Below are positions 11,585 to 20,621 of a DNA stretch of 64,000 nt, piece after piece. The stretch lies in the NCBI GenBank assembly GCA_964291285.2, contig OZ219787.1, positions 1,728,001-1,792,000 of the forward strand, read 5' to 3'. A program made the position numbers and the translations under genes. Position 1 is the first letter of the stretch. Each line of letters starts with the position of its first letter. Origin of the DNA: Alphaproteobacteria bacterium (GTDB taxonomy: Bacteria > Pseudomonadota > Alphaproteobacteria > Bin95). The notes below the pieces were generated by a model, which was not told where the DNA came from, did not search any database, and saw only the letters and a list, made by a program, of their open reading frames with translations.

Positions 11585-12397
11585 ATGGCGTTCGTCGAAA
11601 CGGAAATCCACGGCCAGACCATGGTCGTCCGGCTCAACCGGCCGGAGCGCCTCAACGCGCTCAGCACGGTGATCCGCCAGGGCATGGCGGAGGCGTTCTC
11701 GGAGTTCCGCGACAATGACGGTCTTGAAGTCGCGATCCTGACCGGCACCGGCCGGGGGTTCTGCGCCGGGGAGGACATGAAGGAATCCGTCGAGCGCGGC
11801 GGCGTGGGGTCGCCCGACGACGACCTCGACGACCCCTTCGCTGACGGGACGCTGCAGAAGCCCGTCATCGCCGCCGTCAACGGCTTCGCGATGGGCGGCG
11901 GCTTCATGCTGGTCGAGCGCACCGATCTCCGCGTCGCTGTCAAGGGCGCGCTCTTCGAGATATCGGAAGCGAAACGCTGGCTGCTTGGCGGCTACAATCA
12001 CGGCTTCATCGCCAACCTTCCCTATCCGGTCGCGATGGAGATGGCGTTCGGCTTCCGCTTCACGGCCGAGCGCTTCCACGAACTCGGATTCGTCAACCGG
12101 CTGGTCGAACCGGACGAACTGATGCCGACGGCGATGGAGATGGCCGATCATCTGCTGAGCCTGCCGCCGGCCTCGCGCGTCAACACGCTCTACATGATGC
12201 GCCAGATGCGCCCGACGGTGTCGCCGGCGCACGAGCGTCTGGCCGCCGCGCTGCACGAGCACGGTTGCCTTGAAGACCGGATGGAATCCCGCCGCGCCTT
12301 CGCGGAAAAGCGCAAGCCCGAGTTCAAGGGCTGGAACGACCCGGCCGACCGCTACCGGATGCCGACGCTGGAATCCGTCATGGCGGGCGGTGACTGA
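11585..12397 (+). CDS. Enoyl-CoA hydratase/isomerase (crotonase) family
   Basis: LNRPERLNAL, FCAGED, KPVIAAVNGFAMGGG. Confidence 0.9.
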   Translation: MAFVETEIHGQTMVVRLNRPERLNALSTVIRQGMAEAFSEFRDNDGLEVAILTGTGRGFCAGEDMKESVERGGVGSPDDDLDDPFADGTLQKPVIAAVNGFAMGGGFMLVERTDLRVAVKGALFEISEAKRWLLGGYNHGFIANLPYPVAMEMAFGFRFTAERFHELGFVNRLVEPDELMPTAMEMADHLLSLPPASRVNTLYMMRQMRPTVSPAHERLAAALHEHGCLEDRMESRRAFAEKRKPEFKGWNDPADRYRMPTLESVMAGGD

Positions 12398-12443
12398 GAT
12401 CTCCTGCCAACGCAGAACGAGTCCAACGCAAGGAGCTGCTTCC

Positions 12444-13655
12444 ATGACCGGTCGCCCGGGCCCGCTTGCGGGCGTGAAGGCCGTCGCCTGCTCGACCGCA
12501 CAGGCCGGCACGGTGCCCTACATGCTGATGGCCGATCTGGGCGCCGAGGTCATCAAGATCGAAGTGCCCGGCACCGGCGACGGTTCGCGCGTGGCCGGCG
12601 AGATCAAGGGCGGCGTCAGTTCCTTCTTCGAGACCAACAACCGGGGCGTGAAGAGCCTGACACTCAACCTCAAGTCCGACGAGGGCCGCGCGATCTTCCA
12701 CAAGCTGGTCGCGGAGGCCGATGTCTTCGGGCAGAACTTCCGCCCGGGCGTCGCCGAGAAGAACGGCTTCGACTACGAGACGCTGAAGGCGATCAATCCC
12801 GCGCTCGTCTATGTCTCCATATCCGGCTACGGGCAGGCGGGGCCTCACGCGCACCTGCCGGGCACGGATGCGGTCGGGCAGGCGCTCGGCGGCGTGACGG
12901 AGGCCTATGCCGGGCCCGGCGAGTCCATGCGGACCGGCATCGTGTCGGTCGCGGACGAATCCTGTGCGCTGCTGGCGTTCGGGGGGTTGCTGGCGGCGCT
13001 GCACTGCGCGAGGACGACCGGCGTTGGCCAGAAGGTCGAGACCTCGCTGGTGGCCGGCGTCGTGCGCCTGATGGGCTGGACCCTGACAACAACCATGTGG
13101 CGGAACCGCAACCCGATCACCGGCACGCGGATCAACGGCACCCGCGAGCGCCCCGGCATTGCCGCCAGCTTCAACGATATCGACGGGCGCCCGCTCGTCT
13201 TCCAACTCGGCCACCGGGACTGGAAGCGCGCCATGGAAGCGCTCGGCTTCTACGCGGTGCTGGAGCAACGCGGCGCCGAAGACCTGGGGCTGGCCATCGT
13301 GTCAGAGGAGAAGAAGGACCTGATCCTCTCCACGCTCGCCGAACTGTTCGCGACCGGCAGCCGCGACCGCTGGGTGGAGCTGCTGAGGGCTGCGGACATC
13401 GTCTCCGCGCCGATCAACACGCTGCTGGAAGCCTCGAGCGACGCCGACGTGCTGGCGAACGGCTATGTCGCCGAGAAGCACTATCCGGAAATCGGCGAGA
13501 CGCTGAAGGTCCACGGCACGCCGTGGCGCTTCTCGGAAACGCCGGCGCGGATCGGCGTCGCGCCGAAGCTCGGCGAGCACAACGCCGAAATACTCGGCCG
13601 GCTCGGCTATGACGAAGACGCGCTCGCTTGCTTGCGGGAACGCAAGGTTATCTGA
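12444..13655 (+). CDS. Family III (CaiB/BaiF) CoA transferase
   Basis: ADLGAEVIKIE, NNRGVKSLTLNLK, NFRPG, ISGYG, PKLGEHN. Confidence 0.92.
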   Translation: MTGRPGPLAGVKAVACSTAQAGTVPYMLMADLGAEVIKIEVPGTGDGSRVAGEIKGGVSSFFETNNRGVKSLTLNLKSDEGRAIFHKLVAEADVFGQNFRPGVAEKNGFDYETLKAINPALVYVSISGYGQAGPHAHLPGTDAVGQALGGVTEAYAGPGESMRTGIVSVADESCALLAFGGLLAALHCARTTGVGQKVETSLVAGVVRLMGWTLTTTMWRNRNPITGTRINGTRERPGIAASFNDIDGRPLVFQLGHRDWKRAMEALGFYAVLEQRGAEDLGLAIVSEEKKDLILSTLAELFATGSRDRWVELLRAADIVSAPINTLLEASSDADVLANGYVAEKHYPEIGETLKVHGTPWRFSETPARIGVAPKLGEHNAEILGRLGYDEDALACLRERKVI

Positions 13656-13691
13656 GGCTTCGGCCCTTCCGCAGACAATGGGTGGCAATCC

Positions 13692-14888
13692 ATGACCGGT
13701 CCGCTCGCCGGCGTCACGGTGCTCGACTTCACGCGCGTGCTCGCCGGCCCGTGGTGCACGCTGGCGCTGGCCGATCTCGGCGCCGAGGTCGTCAAGATCG
13801 AGAACCCGAACGGCGGCGACGACACGCGGCGTTTCGACGTCCGCGAGGAGTTGGCGGGAGAAAGCGCCTATTTCGTCTTCGCCAACCGCAACAAGAAGAG
13901 CCTCGCCCTCAACATTGCCGCGCCGGAGGGCCAGGAAATCGCAAGGCGGATCGCAGCCCGCACCGATATCCTGGTGGAGAACTTCCGGCCGGGCGTGATG
14001 GCGAGGCTCGGGCTCGATTTCGATAGCCTCCGCGAGATCAATCCGGGCCTGGTCTATTGTTCGATCTCCGGCTACGGCCATGACAGCCCCTTGCGGGAGG
14101 TTGCAGGCTACGACCCGGTGGCGCAGGCCGAGGGCGGCATGATGGCGATTACCGGCGAGGCCGACGGCGGTCCGCTGCGCACCGGCATCTCCTATGCCGA
14201 CATATTCAGCGGCTACAACGCCTTGCAGGGCGTGCTGGCCGCGCTCTACCACCGCGAACGCACCGGCGAGGGCCAGGCCGTCGACATTGCGCTGCTCGAC
14301 GGCGCGGTGGCCTCGCTCGCCAACCAGGCGCAGGTGACGCTTATCACCGGCCGGGATACCGGGCGCTACGGCAACGACCATCCCTTCCTGGAGCCGTTCG
14401 GCGTGGTCGAGACCGCCGACGGGCCGCTCTACCTCGTCATCGGCAACGACCGGCAATGGGAGCGCTTCTGCCGCGACGTCATCGCGCGCCCCGACCTGCT
14501 GGACCACCCGCATTTCCGCGACAACGCCGCCCGCCTCGCCAACCGCGAAGCGAACCGCGCGCTGCTAGCGGAGATTTTCGCCGCAGACACGCGCGCCGGC
14601 TGGATGGCGAAGTTCCGCGCCGCCGGCGTTCCCGCGGGAGCGGTCCGGAGCATCTCGGAGGCGCTCGCTGCCCCGGAAGTGCGTGCACGCGGCATGGTGC
14701 AGCCGGTGGACCACCCGAAGGCCGGCCGGTTCGAGGCGGTGGCCTCGCCGGTGCATCTCTCCGCCACGCCGACCGCCGCACCCGTCGCCGCGCCGCTGCT
14801 CGGCCAGCATACCGACGAGGTTCTGGCTGCCTTCGGCTACGATGCGGAGGAGATAGCCCGCTTCCACGCCGACGGCGTCGCCGTCTGA
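13692..14888 (+). CDS. Family III (CaiB/BaiF) CoA transferase
   Basis: LDFTRVLAGP, NRNKKSLAL, ENFRPG, PLLGQHT. Confidence 0.94.
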   Translation: MTGPLAGVTVLDFTRVLAGPWCTLALADLGAEVVKIENPNGGDDTRRFDVREELAGESAYFVFANRNKKSLALNIAAPEGQEIARRIAARTDILVENFRPGVMARLGLDFDSLREINPGLVYCSISGYGHDSPLREVAGYDPVAQAEGGMMAITGEADGGPLRTGISYADIFSGYNALQGVLAALYHRERTGEGQAVDIALLDGAVASLANQAQVTLITGRDTGRYGNDHPFLEPFGVVETADGPLYLVIGNDRQWERFCRDVIARPDLLDHPHFRDNAARLANREANRALLAEIFAADTRAGWMAKFRAAGVPAGAVRSISEALAAPEVRARGMVQPVDHPKAGRFEAVASPVHLSATPTAAPVAAPLLGQHTDEVLAAFGYDAEEIARFHADGVAV

Positions 14889-14950
14889 GCGAACGGCCCG
14901 CCAGCCCGCCGCTTGCGCTAAGGTAGCGGCGCTTCGCAGGGGGACGGAAC

Positions 14951-17266
14951 ATGCCTGACGGAACGCAGACCGCATTCGGGGCAAGCCATTGGGGCGCCTT
15001 CACGGCCGAGACGGAAGACGGGCGGCTGGTCGGCGTAAGGCCGTTCGACAAGGATCCAAGCCCGGCGCCTTTCATCCGGGCGCTTCCGGATGCGGTCCAT
15101 GCCGAGTGCCGGATCGCAGCGCCTGCCGTGCGCAAGTCCTGGCTGGAAGACGGGCCGGGCGCCAATACCGCCGCACGCGGCGCCGAGCCTTTCGTGCAGG
15201 TGAGCTGGGACCGCGCGCTCGACCTTGTGGCGTCCGAGCTCCAACGGGTCCGGAGGACGTGCGGCAACGAAGCCATTTACGGCAGCTCCGGCTGGGGCAG
15301 CGCCGGCGTCTTCCACAATGCCCGCAGCCAGCTTGCGCGTTTCCTCAACCTCCATGGCGGCTTCGTGGACCAGGTAACGAGCTTCAGCGTCGGTGCGGCG
15401 AGCGTCATCGTTCCGCGTATCGTAGGCTCGATGCAGCCGGTGTTCGGCCCGGTCAACACATGGCCCGCAATCGTCGAGCACACCGGGCTGATGGTGGCGT
15501 TCGGCGGCATGCCGCCGAAGAACGCCATGGTCAACCAGGGAGGAGTCGGCGCCCACGACGCTCCCGACTGGCACCGGCGCGCAGCGGAGTCCGGGACACG
15601 GTTCGTGTGCATCGGTCCGATCCGCGACGACACGGCGGACGACATCGGGGCCGAGTGGCTTCCCGTCCGGCCCAATACCGACCTCGCGGTGATGCTGGGG
15701 CTCGCGCACACATTGCTGAATGAAGGGCTGCACGACGCCGGTTTCCTCGCCCGCTATTGCACCGGGTTCGACCGGTTGGCCGCCTACCTTCTCGGCGGGG
15801 CGGACGGAACCGCCCGCGACGCCGACTGGGCCGCAGGTATTTCCGGGATACCGGCCGAGACAATTCGCGGCCTCGCGCGTCGGATGGCATCTTCGCGCAC
15901 GCTGATCGGCGTCAGCTGGTCGGTCCAGCGCGCCGACCGCGGCGAGCAGCCCTACTGGATGACCATCGCTCTGGCGGCGATGCTGGGCCAGATCGGCCTG
16001 CCCGGCGGCGGGTTCGGCTTCGGCTACGGCGCCATGCACGGCATCGGCGACCCGACACGGCAGGTGGCGCCGCCCGGGCTTCCCAGGGGAACCAACGCCG
16101 TCGCCAACACGATTCCGGTCGCGCGGCTGGCGGACATGCTGCTGGGTCCGGGCGCGCCCTACCGCTTCAACGGAGAGGACCGCCGCTACCCCGACATCCG
16201 GCTGATCTACTGGTGCGGCGGTAACCCGTTCCACAAGCACCAGGACCTGAACAACCTGCTGAAGGGCTGGGCCAGGCCGGACACGATCGTCATCCACGAG
16301 CCCTGGTGGACGCCGGCGGCCAAGCGGGCCGATATCGTGCTGCCCTGCACGACCACGCTCGAACGCAACGACATCGCGGCATCCCAATTCGACCGCTTCG
16401 TTGTCGCCAGCCAGCAGGCCATCGACCCGGTGGGCGGGGCGCGCAACGAATACGACATATATACCGGCCTCGCAGGGCGGCTCGGATTCGCGGACGCCTT
16501 CACCGAGGGCCGCAGCGAGATGGAATGGCTGCGCCATCTCTACGACCTGTACCGCCAGCGCGTCGCCGGGGACGGCATCGAGATGCCGGGCTTCGACGCC
16601 TTTTGGGAAGCCGGCCATTTCGAAATTCCGGCGCCGGCGAGCCCGCCGGTCCCTTTCGCCGATTTCCGCGCGGACCCCGCAAGGGCGCCGCTCAACACCC
16701 CGTCGGGGCGGATCGAGATCTACTCGGAGACCATTGCCGGGTTCGGCTATGACGACGCGCCAGGCCATCCGACCTGGGCCGAGCCGGTGGAGTGGCTCGG
16801 CAGCGACAAGGCGAAGCGCTTCCCGCTGCATCTGCTCTCGAACCAGCCGCGCGCGCGGCTCCACAGCCAGCTCGATTGCGGTTCGGTCAGCCGGGCTGCA
16901 AAGGTCGCCGGCCGCGAGGCGATGCGCATGAACCCCGCCGACGCCGCAGAGAGGGGCATTGCGGACGGCGACGTCGTGCGCGTTTTCAACGACCGGGGCG
17001 CCTGTCTGGCCGGCGCCGTCGTCAGCGATGCGATCCGCCCCGGCGTGGTCGAGCTCGCGACCGGCGCCTGGTTCGATCCCGTCGATCCGGCGGCGCCGGG
17101 CAGCCTGGAAAAGCACGGCAATCCCAACGTGCTCACTACCGATAAGCCGACTTCGACGCTCACCCAGTGCAGTGCCGCCCAGACGGCGCTCGTCGAGGTC
17201 GAGCGCTTCGAAGGCAAACCGCCCGGCATCACGGCATTCGCGCCGCCGAGCGTCCTCGAAGCGTAA
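14951..17266 (+). CDS. Mo-bisPGD S-/N-oxide reductase (BisC/TorA/DorA clade), no signal peptide
   Basis: SHWGAF, WSVQRADRGEQPYW, GGNPFHKHQD, ADIVLP.TT.LERND, RLHSQL, HGNPNVLT. Confidence 0.92.
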   Translation: MPDGTQTAFGASHWGAFTAETEDGRLVGVRPFDKDPSPAPFIRALPDAVHAECRIAAPAVRKSWLEDGPGANTAARGAEPFVQVSWDRALDLVASELQRVRRTCGNEAIYGSSGWGSAGVFHNARSQLARFLNLHGGFVDQVTSFSVGAASVIVPRIVGSMQPVFGPVNTWPAIVEHTGLMVAFGGMPPKNAMVNQGGVGAHDAPDWHRRAAESGTRFVCIGPIRDDTADDIGAEWLPVRPNTDLAVMLGLAHTLLNEGLHDAGFLARYCTGFDRLAAYLLGGADGTARDADWAAGISGIPAETIRGLARRMASSRTLIGVSWSVQRADRGEQPYWMTIALAAMLGQIGLPGGGFGFGYGAMHGIGDPTRQVAPPGLPRGTNAVANTIPVARLADMLLGPGAPYRFNGEDRRYPDIRLIYWCGGNPFHKHQDLNNLLKGWARPDTIVIHEPWWTPAAKRADIVLPCTTTLERNDIAASQFDRFVVASQQAIDPVGGARNEYDIYTGLAGRLGFADAFTEGRSEMEWLRHLYDLYRQRVAGDGIEMPGFDAFWEAGHFEIPAPASPPVPFADFRADPARAPLNTPSGRIEIYSETIAGFGYDDAPGHPTWAEPVEWLGSDKAKRFPLHLLSNQPRARLHSQLDCGSVSRAAKVAGREAMRMNPADAAERGIADGDVVRVFNDRGACLAGAVVSDAIRPGVVELATGAWFDPVDPAAPGSLEKHGNPNVLTTDKPTSTLTQCSAAQTALVEVERFEGKPPGITAFAPPSVLEA

Positions 17267-17287
17267 GACCCGTTTCCGTCCGGGACC

Positions 17288-17959
17288 TTACGAAACGATC
17301 GGCAAGGTCACGGCCTCGTAGTCGAGGGTGAGCGCGCGCCCTGTCCCGTCATCGGCAAGGCGGGCGCTGAACCTCTTGCCCGGCCTCACGCCGCCGAGCG
17401 CCGGGATGGTGCCGAGGAACATGGCGAATTCCGGCGGCACTGCCTTGTAGCCGTAGAAATAGTCCGCGATCAGCTCCACCGGCTCGCGCACGGCTGCCAT
17501 GCAGCCCCGCTGGTACGGCTCGCCGTCCATGTCGCTCTCGAGTCTGAGCGCATCCCAACGTTCCACGACATCGTCATAACGCCAGACATCGCGGCCAAGC
17601 GGCTTCGGGCACATCTGCTTGGAGACGGCGACCGACTGCGCCTCGAACTCGCGGTCCGTGTGGTCCGAACCCACGGCCACCAGCATCCCGTGCTCGGCCG
17701 AGCCGATCAGCACCGCCTCCGCCTCGCCGGAGCTTCCCTCGCCCAGCACCTGGATGCGCTCCGCCTGGGTCGCGAGCGACGCGCCGACCCGGTAGTAGAG
17801 CGGCGTCTGCGAGGGCGGCGCCACGCCGATCTCCTTCAACTCCTCGATATGCTCCTCGACCGCCGCCCGGTCGCGCCCCGACCAGCCGGCGATGACGATG
17901 ACGGAGACCGGAACCTCGATTTCCGTCGCGCCCTCGGCGTCGTGAAGCCGGAACCGCAT
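17288..17959 (-). CDS. DUF2848 family protein (FAH-like fold)
   Basis: IAGWSGRDRAAVEEHIEEL, SSGEAE, GSDHTDRE.E..SVAVSKQ.C.KP. Confidence 0.8.
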   Translation of the reverse strand: MRFRLHDAEGATEIEVPVSVIVIAGWSGRDRAAVEEHIEELKEIGVAPPSQTPLYYRVGASLATQAERIQVLGEGSSGEAEAVLIGSAEHGMLVAVGSDHTDREFEAQSVAVSKQMCPKPLGRDVWRYDDVVERWDALRLESDMDGEPYQRGCMAAVREPVELIADYFYGYKAVPPEFAMFLGTIPALGGVRPGKRFSARLADDGTGRALTLDYEAVTLPIVS

Positions 17960-17971
17960 GCGCTTTCCTCC

Positions 17972-19330
17972 TCAGCCCGTCCGCCGCCAGGCAGTGCCGT
18001 CCGGCCCGTCCTCGAGCGCGATGCCGCGCGCGGCCAGACCGTCCCGGATCGCATCGGCCCGCGCGAAGTCCCGCGTCCGCCGCGCCGCAACGCGCTCCGC
18101 TACCAGCGCCTCGATCTCGGCCACGTCGTCGCCCTCCCCGTGCAGCCACGCCGTCGGGTCCGCCTGGAGCAGGCCCAGAAGCGCGCCCGCGCCGAGCAGG
18201 GAACCGGCCAGCGCCGCCTTCTCGTCCGCTTCCTCGGCCCGGTTGAGCGCCGTTGCGGTCTCGTGCATGGCGGCGATGGCGGCCGGCGTGTTGAGGTCGT
18301 CGAGCAGAGCCTCAAGCACGGCCGGCGCCGGTTCGCCCGGCTCATGCGCGCCGGCGTCCCTGAGCGCCCGGTAGAGCCTGTCGAGGCCGGCCTTCGCCTC
18401 CGCCAGCGTGTCGCGGCCGAATTCGAGCGGCGCCCGGTAGTGCGCCTGCAACAGGGCCAGCCGCACCGCCTCGCCCGGCGCATCGGCCAGCAGTTCACGC
18501 ACGGTCAGCACATTGCCGATCGACTTCGACATCTTGTCGCCCTTCACGACCAGGTAGCCGTTGTGCATCCAGTAGCGCACGAAGGGCGGGCCGTGGGCGC
18601 AGACGCTCTGGGCCAGCTCGTTCTCATGGTGCGGGAAGATCAGGTCCGCCCCGCCGCCGTGAATGTCGAAGGCGTCGCCCAGATAGGCGCGCGACATGGC
18701 CGAGCACTCGATATGCCAGCCGGGCCGGCCCCGGCCCCAGGGGCTCTGCCAGCCGGGCAGGTCGTCCGCGCTCGGCTTCCAGAGCACGAAATCCGCCGGG
18801 TCGCGCTTGTAGGGCGCCACATCGACGCGCGCGCCCGCGATCAGTTCCTCGCGGGAATGGCGCGAGAGCCGCCCGTAATCCGGCATGGAGGGCACATGGA
18901 ACAGCACATGCCCGTCCGCCTCATAGGCATGGCCGTCCGTGACCAGCCTTTCGATCATCTCGATCATTTCGCCGATATGCCCGGTGGCACGCGGCTCGAC
19001 ATCGGGCGGCAGCGCGCCGAGCGCGGCCATGTCGGCGTGGAAAGCCTCGGTCGTCCGCGCCGTGATGCGGTCGATGGGCTCGCCCGTTTCCTTAGCGCGG
19101 GCGTTAATCTTGTCGTCCACATCCGTGATGTTGCGCACATAGGTCACGCGCGGATAGAGCCGCTTTAGCAGCCGGTAGAGCACGTCGAACACGACGACCG
19201 GGCGCGCATTGCCGATATGCGCGAGGTCATAGACCGTCGGCCCGCACACATAGAGGCGCACATGGTCGGGATCGAGCGGCTCGAAGGGCTCCTTGGCGCG
19301 CGCCAGCGTGTTGTGGACGGTGAGGGTCAC
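17972..19330 (-). CDS. cysS: Cysteine--tRNA ligase
   Basis: YVCGPTVY..AHIGN, GRPGWHIECS, DLIFPHHENE, KMSKS; GTG start at 19330. Confidence 0.97.
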   Translation of the reverse strand: MTLTVHNTLARAKEPFEPLDPDHVRLYVCGPTVYDLAHIGNARPVVVFDVLYRLLKRLYPRVTYVRNITDVDDKINARAKETGEPIDRITARTTEAFHADMAALGALPPDVEPRATGHIGEMIEMIERLVTDGHAYEADGHVLFHVPSMPDYGRLSRHSREELIAGARVDVAPYKRDPADFVLWKPSADDLPGWQSPWGRGRPGWHIECSAMSRAYLGDAFDIHGGGADLIFPHHENELAQSVCAHGPPFVRYWMHNGYLVVKGDKMSKSIGNVLTVRELLADAPGEAVRLALLQAHYRAPLEFGRDTLAEAKAGLDRLYRALRDAGAHEPGEPAPAVLEALLDDLNTPAAIAAMHETATALNRAEEADEKAALAGSLLGAGALLGLLQADPTAWLHGEGDDVAEIEALVAERVAARRTRDFARADAIRDGLAARGIALEDGPDGTAWRRTG

Positions 19331-19462
19331 GGTTTCGTCTCCGGCTCCGTTCGGTGGTTGGTCATCGGCAGGCGGATATAGGGCAAGCGAGCGTCCGCGT
19401 ATATGTCCTTGCCGGGCGCGGAGGGGGGAGGGCGCGAGTGGAGCGGGCCCACTCCAAGGGAA

Positions 19463-19489
19463 TGTCATGAGATGTCATGTTTTGTCATG
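19463..19489. repeat. Three TGTCATG direct repeats at 10-bp period
   Basis: aaTGTCATGagaTGTCATGtttTGTCATGa; copies at 19463, 19473, 19483. Confidence 0.85.
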
Positions 19490-19530
19490 AGGCGCTCCGC
19501 ACCGCAGCGCCGCCGGCCGCCGGACCGCGC

Positions 19531-20118
19531 CTACAGGGTGAGCCCCGGCGGGTCCGGTGCGCCCAGTTCCGCGCGTATGCGGGACGCGGTCTCCACATCC
19601 CGGGTCCACTCGTAGAACACGCCTTTGACGATGGTGAGCACGGTCCCGGTGCCGGCGAGACGCCTGAGTCCGTGTTCGTGGTTCGGTGGCGGGGAGCCGC
19701 AGGCGTCGGCGACCACGGCGACCCGGTAGCCCGCCGCGCGCAGCCCGAGAGCCGATTGCGCCACGCACACATCCGTCTCCAGCCCGGCCAGCACGAAGCA
19801 GTCCCGCCCCAGGGCTTCCAGCGCAGCGCGGATATCCGCCTGGCCCCAGAGCCCGAAGACCCGCTTGTCGAACACCGGCGGCGCATCGGCGGGAAGACAG
19901 CGGGCGAGCGCCGGCACGAGCGGGCCGAGACGCTCCATGTCCTCGGCGGTGGCGACGACCGGAATGCCGAGCGCGCCCGCCGCCCGCATCAGCCACGCAA
20001 TCCGCCCGACCAGCGGGCCGCGCCAGCCGAGCGGCAGCTTGTCCAGGAAATGCTGCTGCACGTCGATGACCAGAAGGCAGGAGCGTTCCCGTTCGATCAG
20101 GTTCACGTCCGGGTCCAT
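19531..20118 (-). CDS. Isochorismatase/cysteine-hydrolase family protein (YcaC/ISOC-like)
   Basis: LLVIDVQ, FDKRVF, LAGLETDVCVAQSA, VVADACGS. Confidence 0.9.
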   Translation of the reverse strand: MDPDVNLIERERSCLLVIDVQQHFLDKLPLGWRGPLVGRIAWLMRAAGALGIPVVATAEDMERLGPLVPALARCLPADAPPVFDKRVFGLWGQADIRAALEALGRDCFVLAGLETDVCVAQSALGLRAAGYRVAVVADACGSPPPNHEHGLRRLAGTGTVLTIVKGVFYEWTRDVETASRIRAELGAPDPPGLTL

Positions 20119-20520
20119 GATGCCTGCGCCTCCTCGCGGCGGCAGGATGCGGCCCGCTGCCGGCAACCGCAACCGCTTCCCCGGCGGCGGCGTTCCGAAA
20201 GACCCCATTTCCTCCGTCTCCGCATGACTTCCTCATCCTCGTCATCCTTCGCATCGAGCTTCGTTTTGCCCCCGCTTTGTTTCCTTCCATCCATGCCCTG
20301 CCGCTCTTTCGCTCCGGGCGGTCGGGACCCTGATTCGCGCGTATCCTGCGCGGGCGCCTGCGCGCCTGCCGGCGCGCGTATCGCGGCGGCGCGGTTCGCA
20401 CGCCTGATTGCGCGCGCGAGGCAGAGGGCGCACGTCTCCCGTGCGTTTCTCAGAGATTTTTCGCGCCGGCGCGAACGGCGAAACGAAGCGGCCCCATGGA
20501 TGCCGCTTCCTTCCTTTGGC

Positions 20521-20580
20521 CTTATATCATGATAGAATTTTTGATTTCAAGTTAAAATTCAGAATTTTTTCTAAATTAAC
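20521..20580 (-). promoter_or_regulatory. Putative sigma70 promoter with AT-rich upstream element
   Basis: Minus strand TTGAAA (20550-20545), 18 nt, TATAAG (20526-20521) with extended -10 TG; very AT-rich 20551-20580. Confidence 0.55.
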
Positions 20581-20621
20581 GAACATCGCAAGAGCGGACA
20601 CCCCCTCTGCCGACTTCAGCA

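Noticed and set aside
19463-19489. Canonical Pho box or CRISPR array
   Set aside because: The period is 10 bp rather than 11, the repeats are far too short for CRISPR, and there are no cas genes
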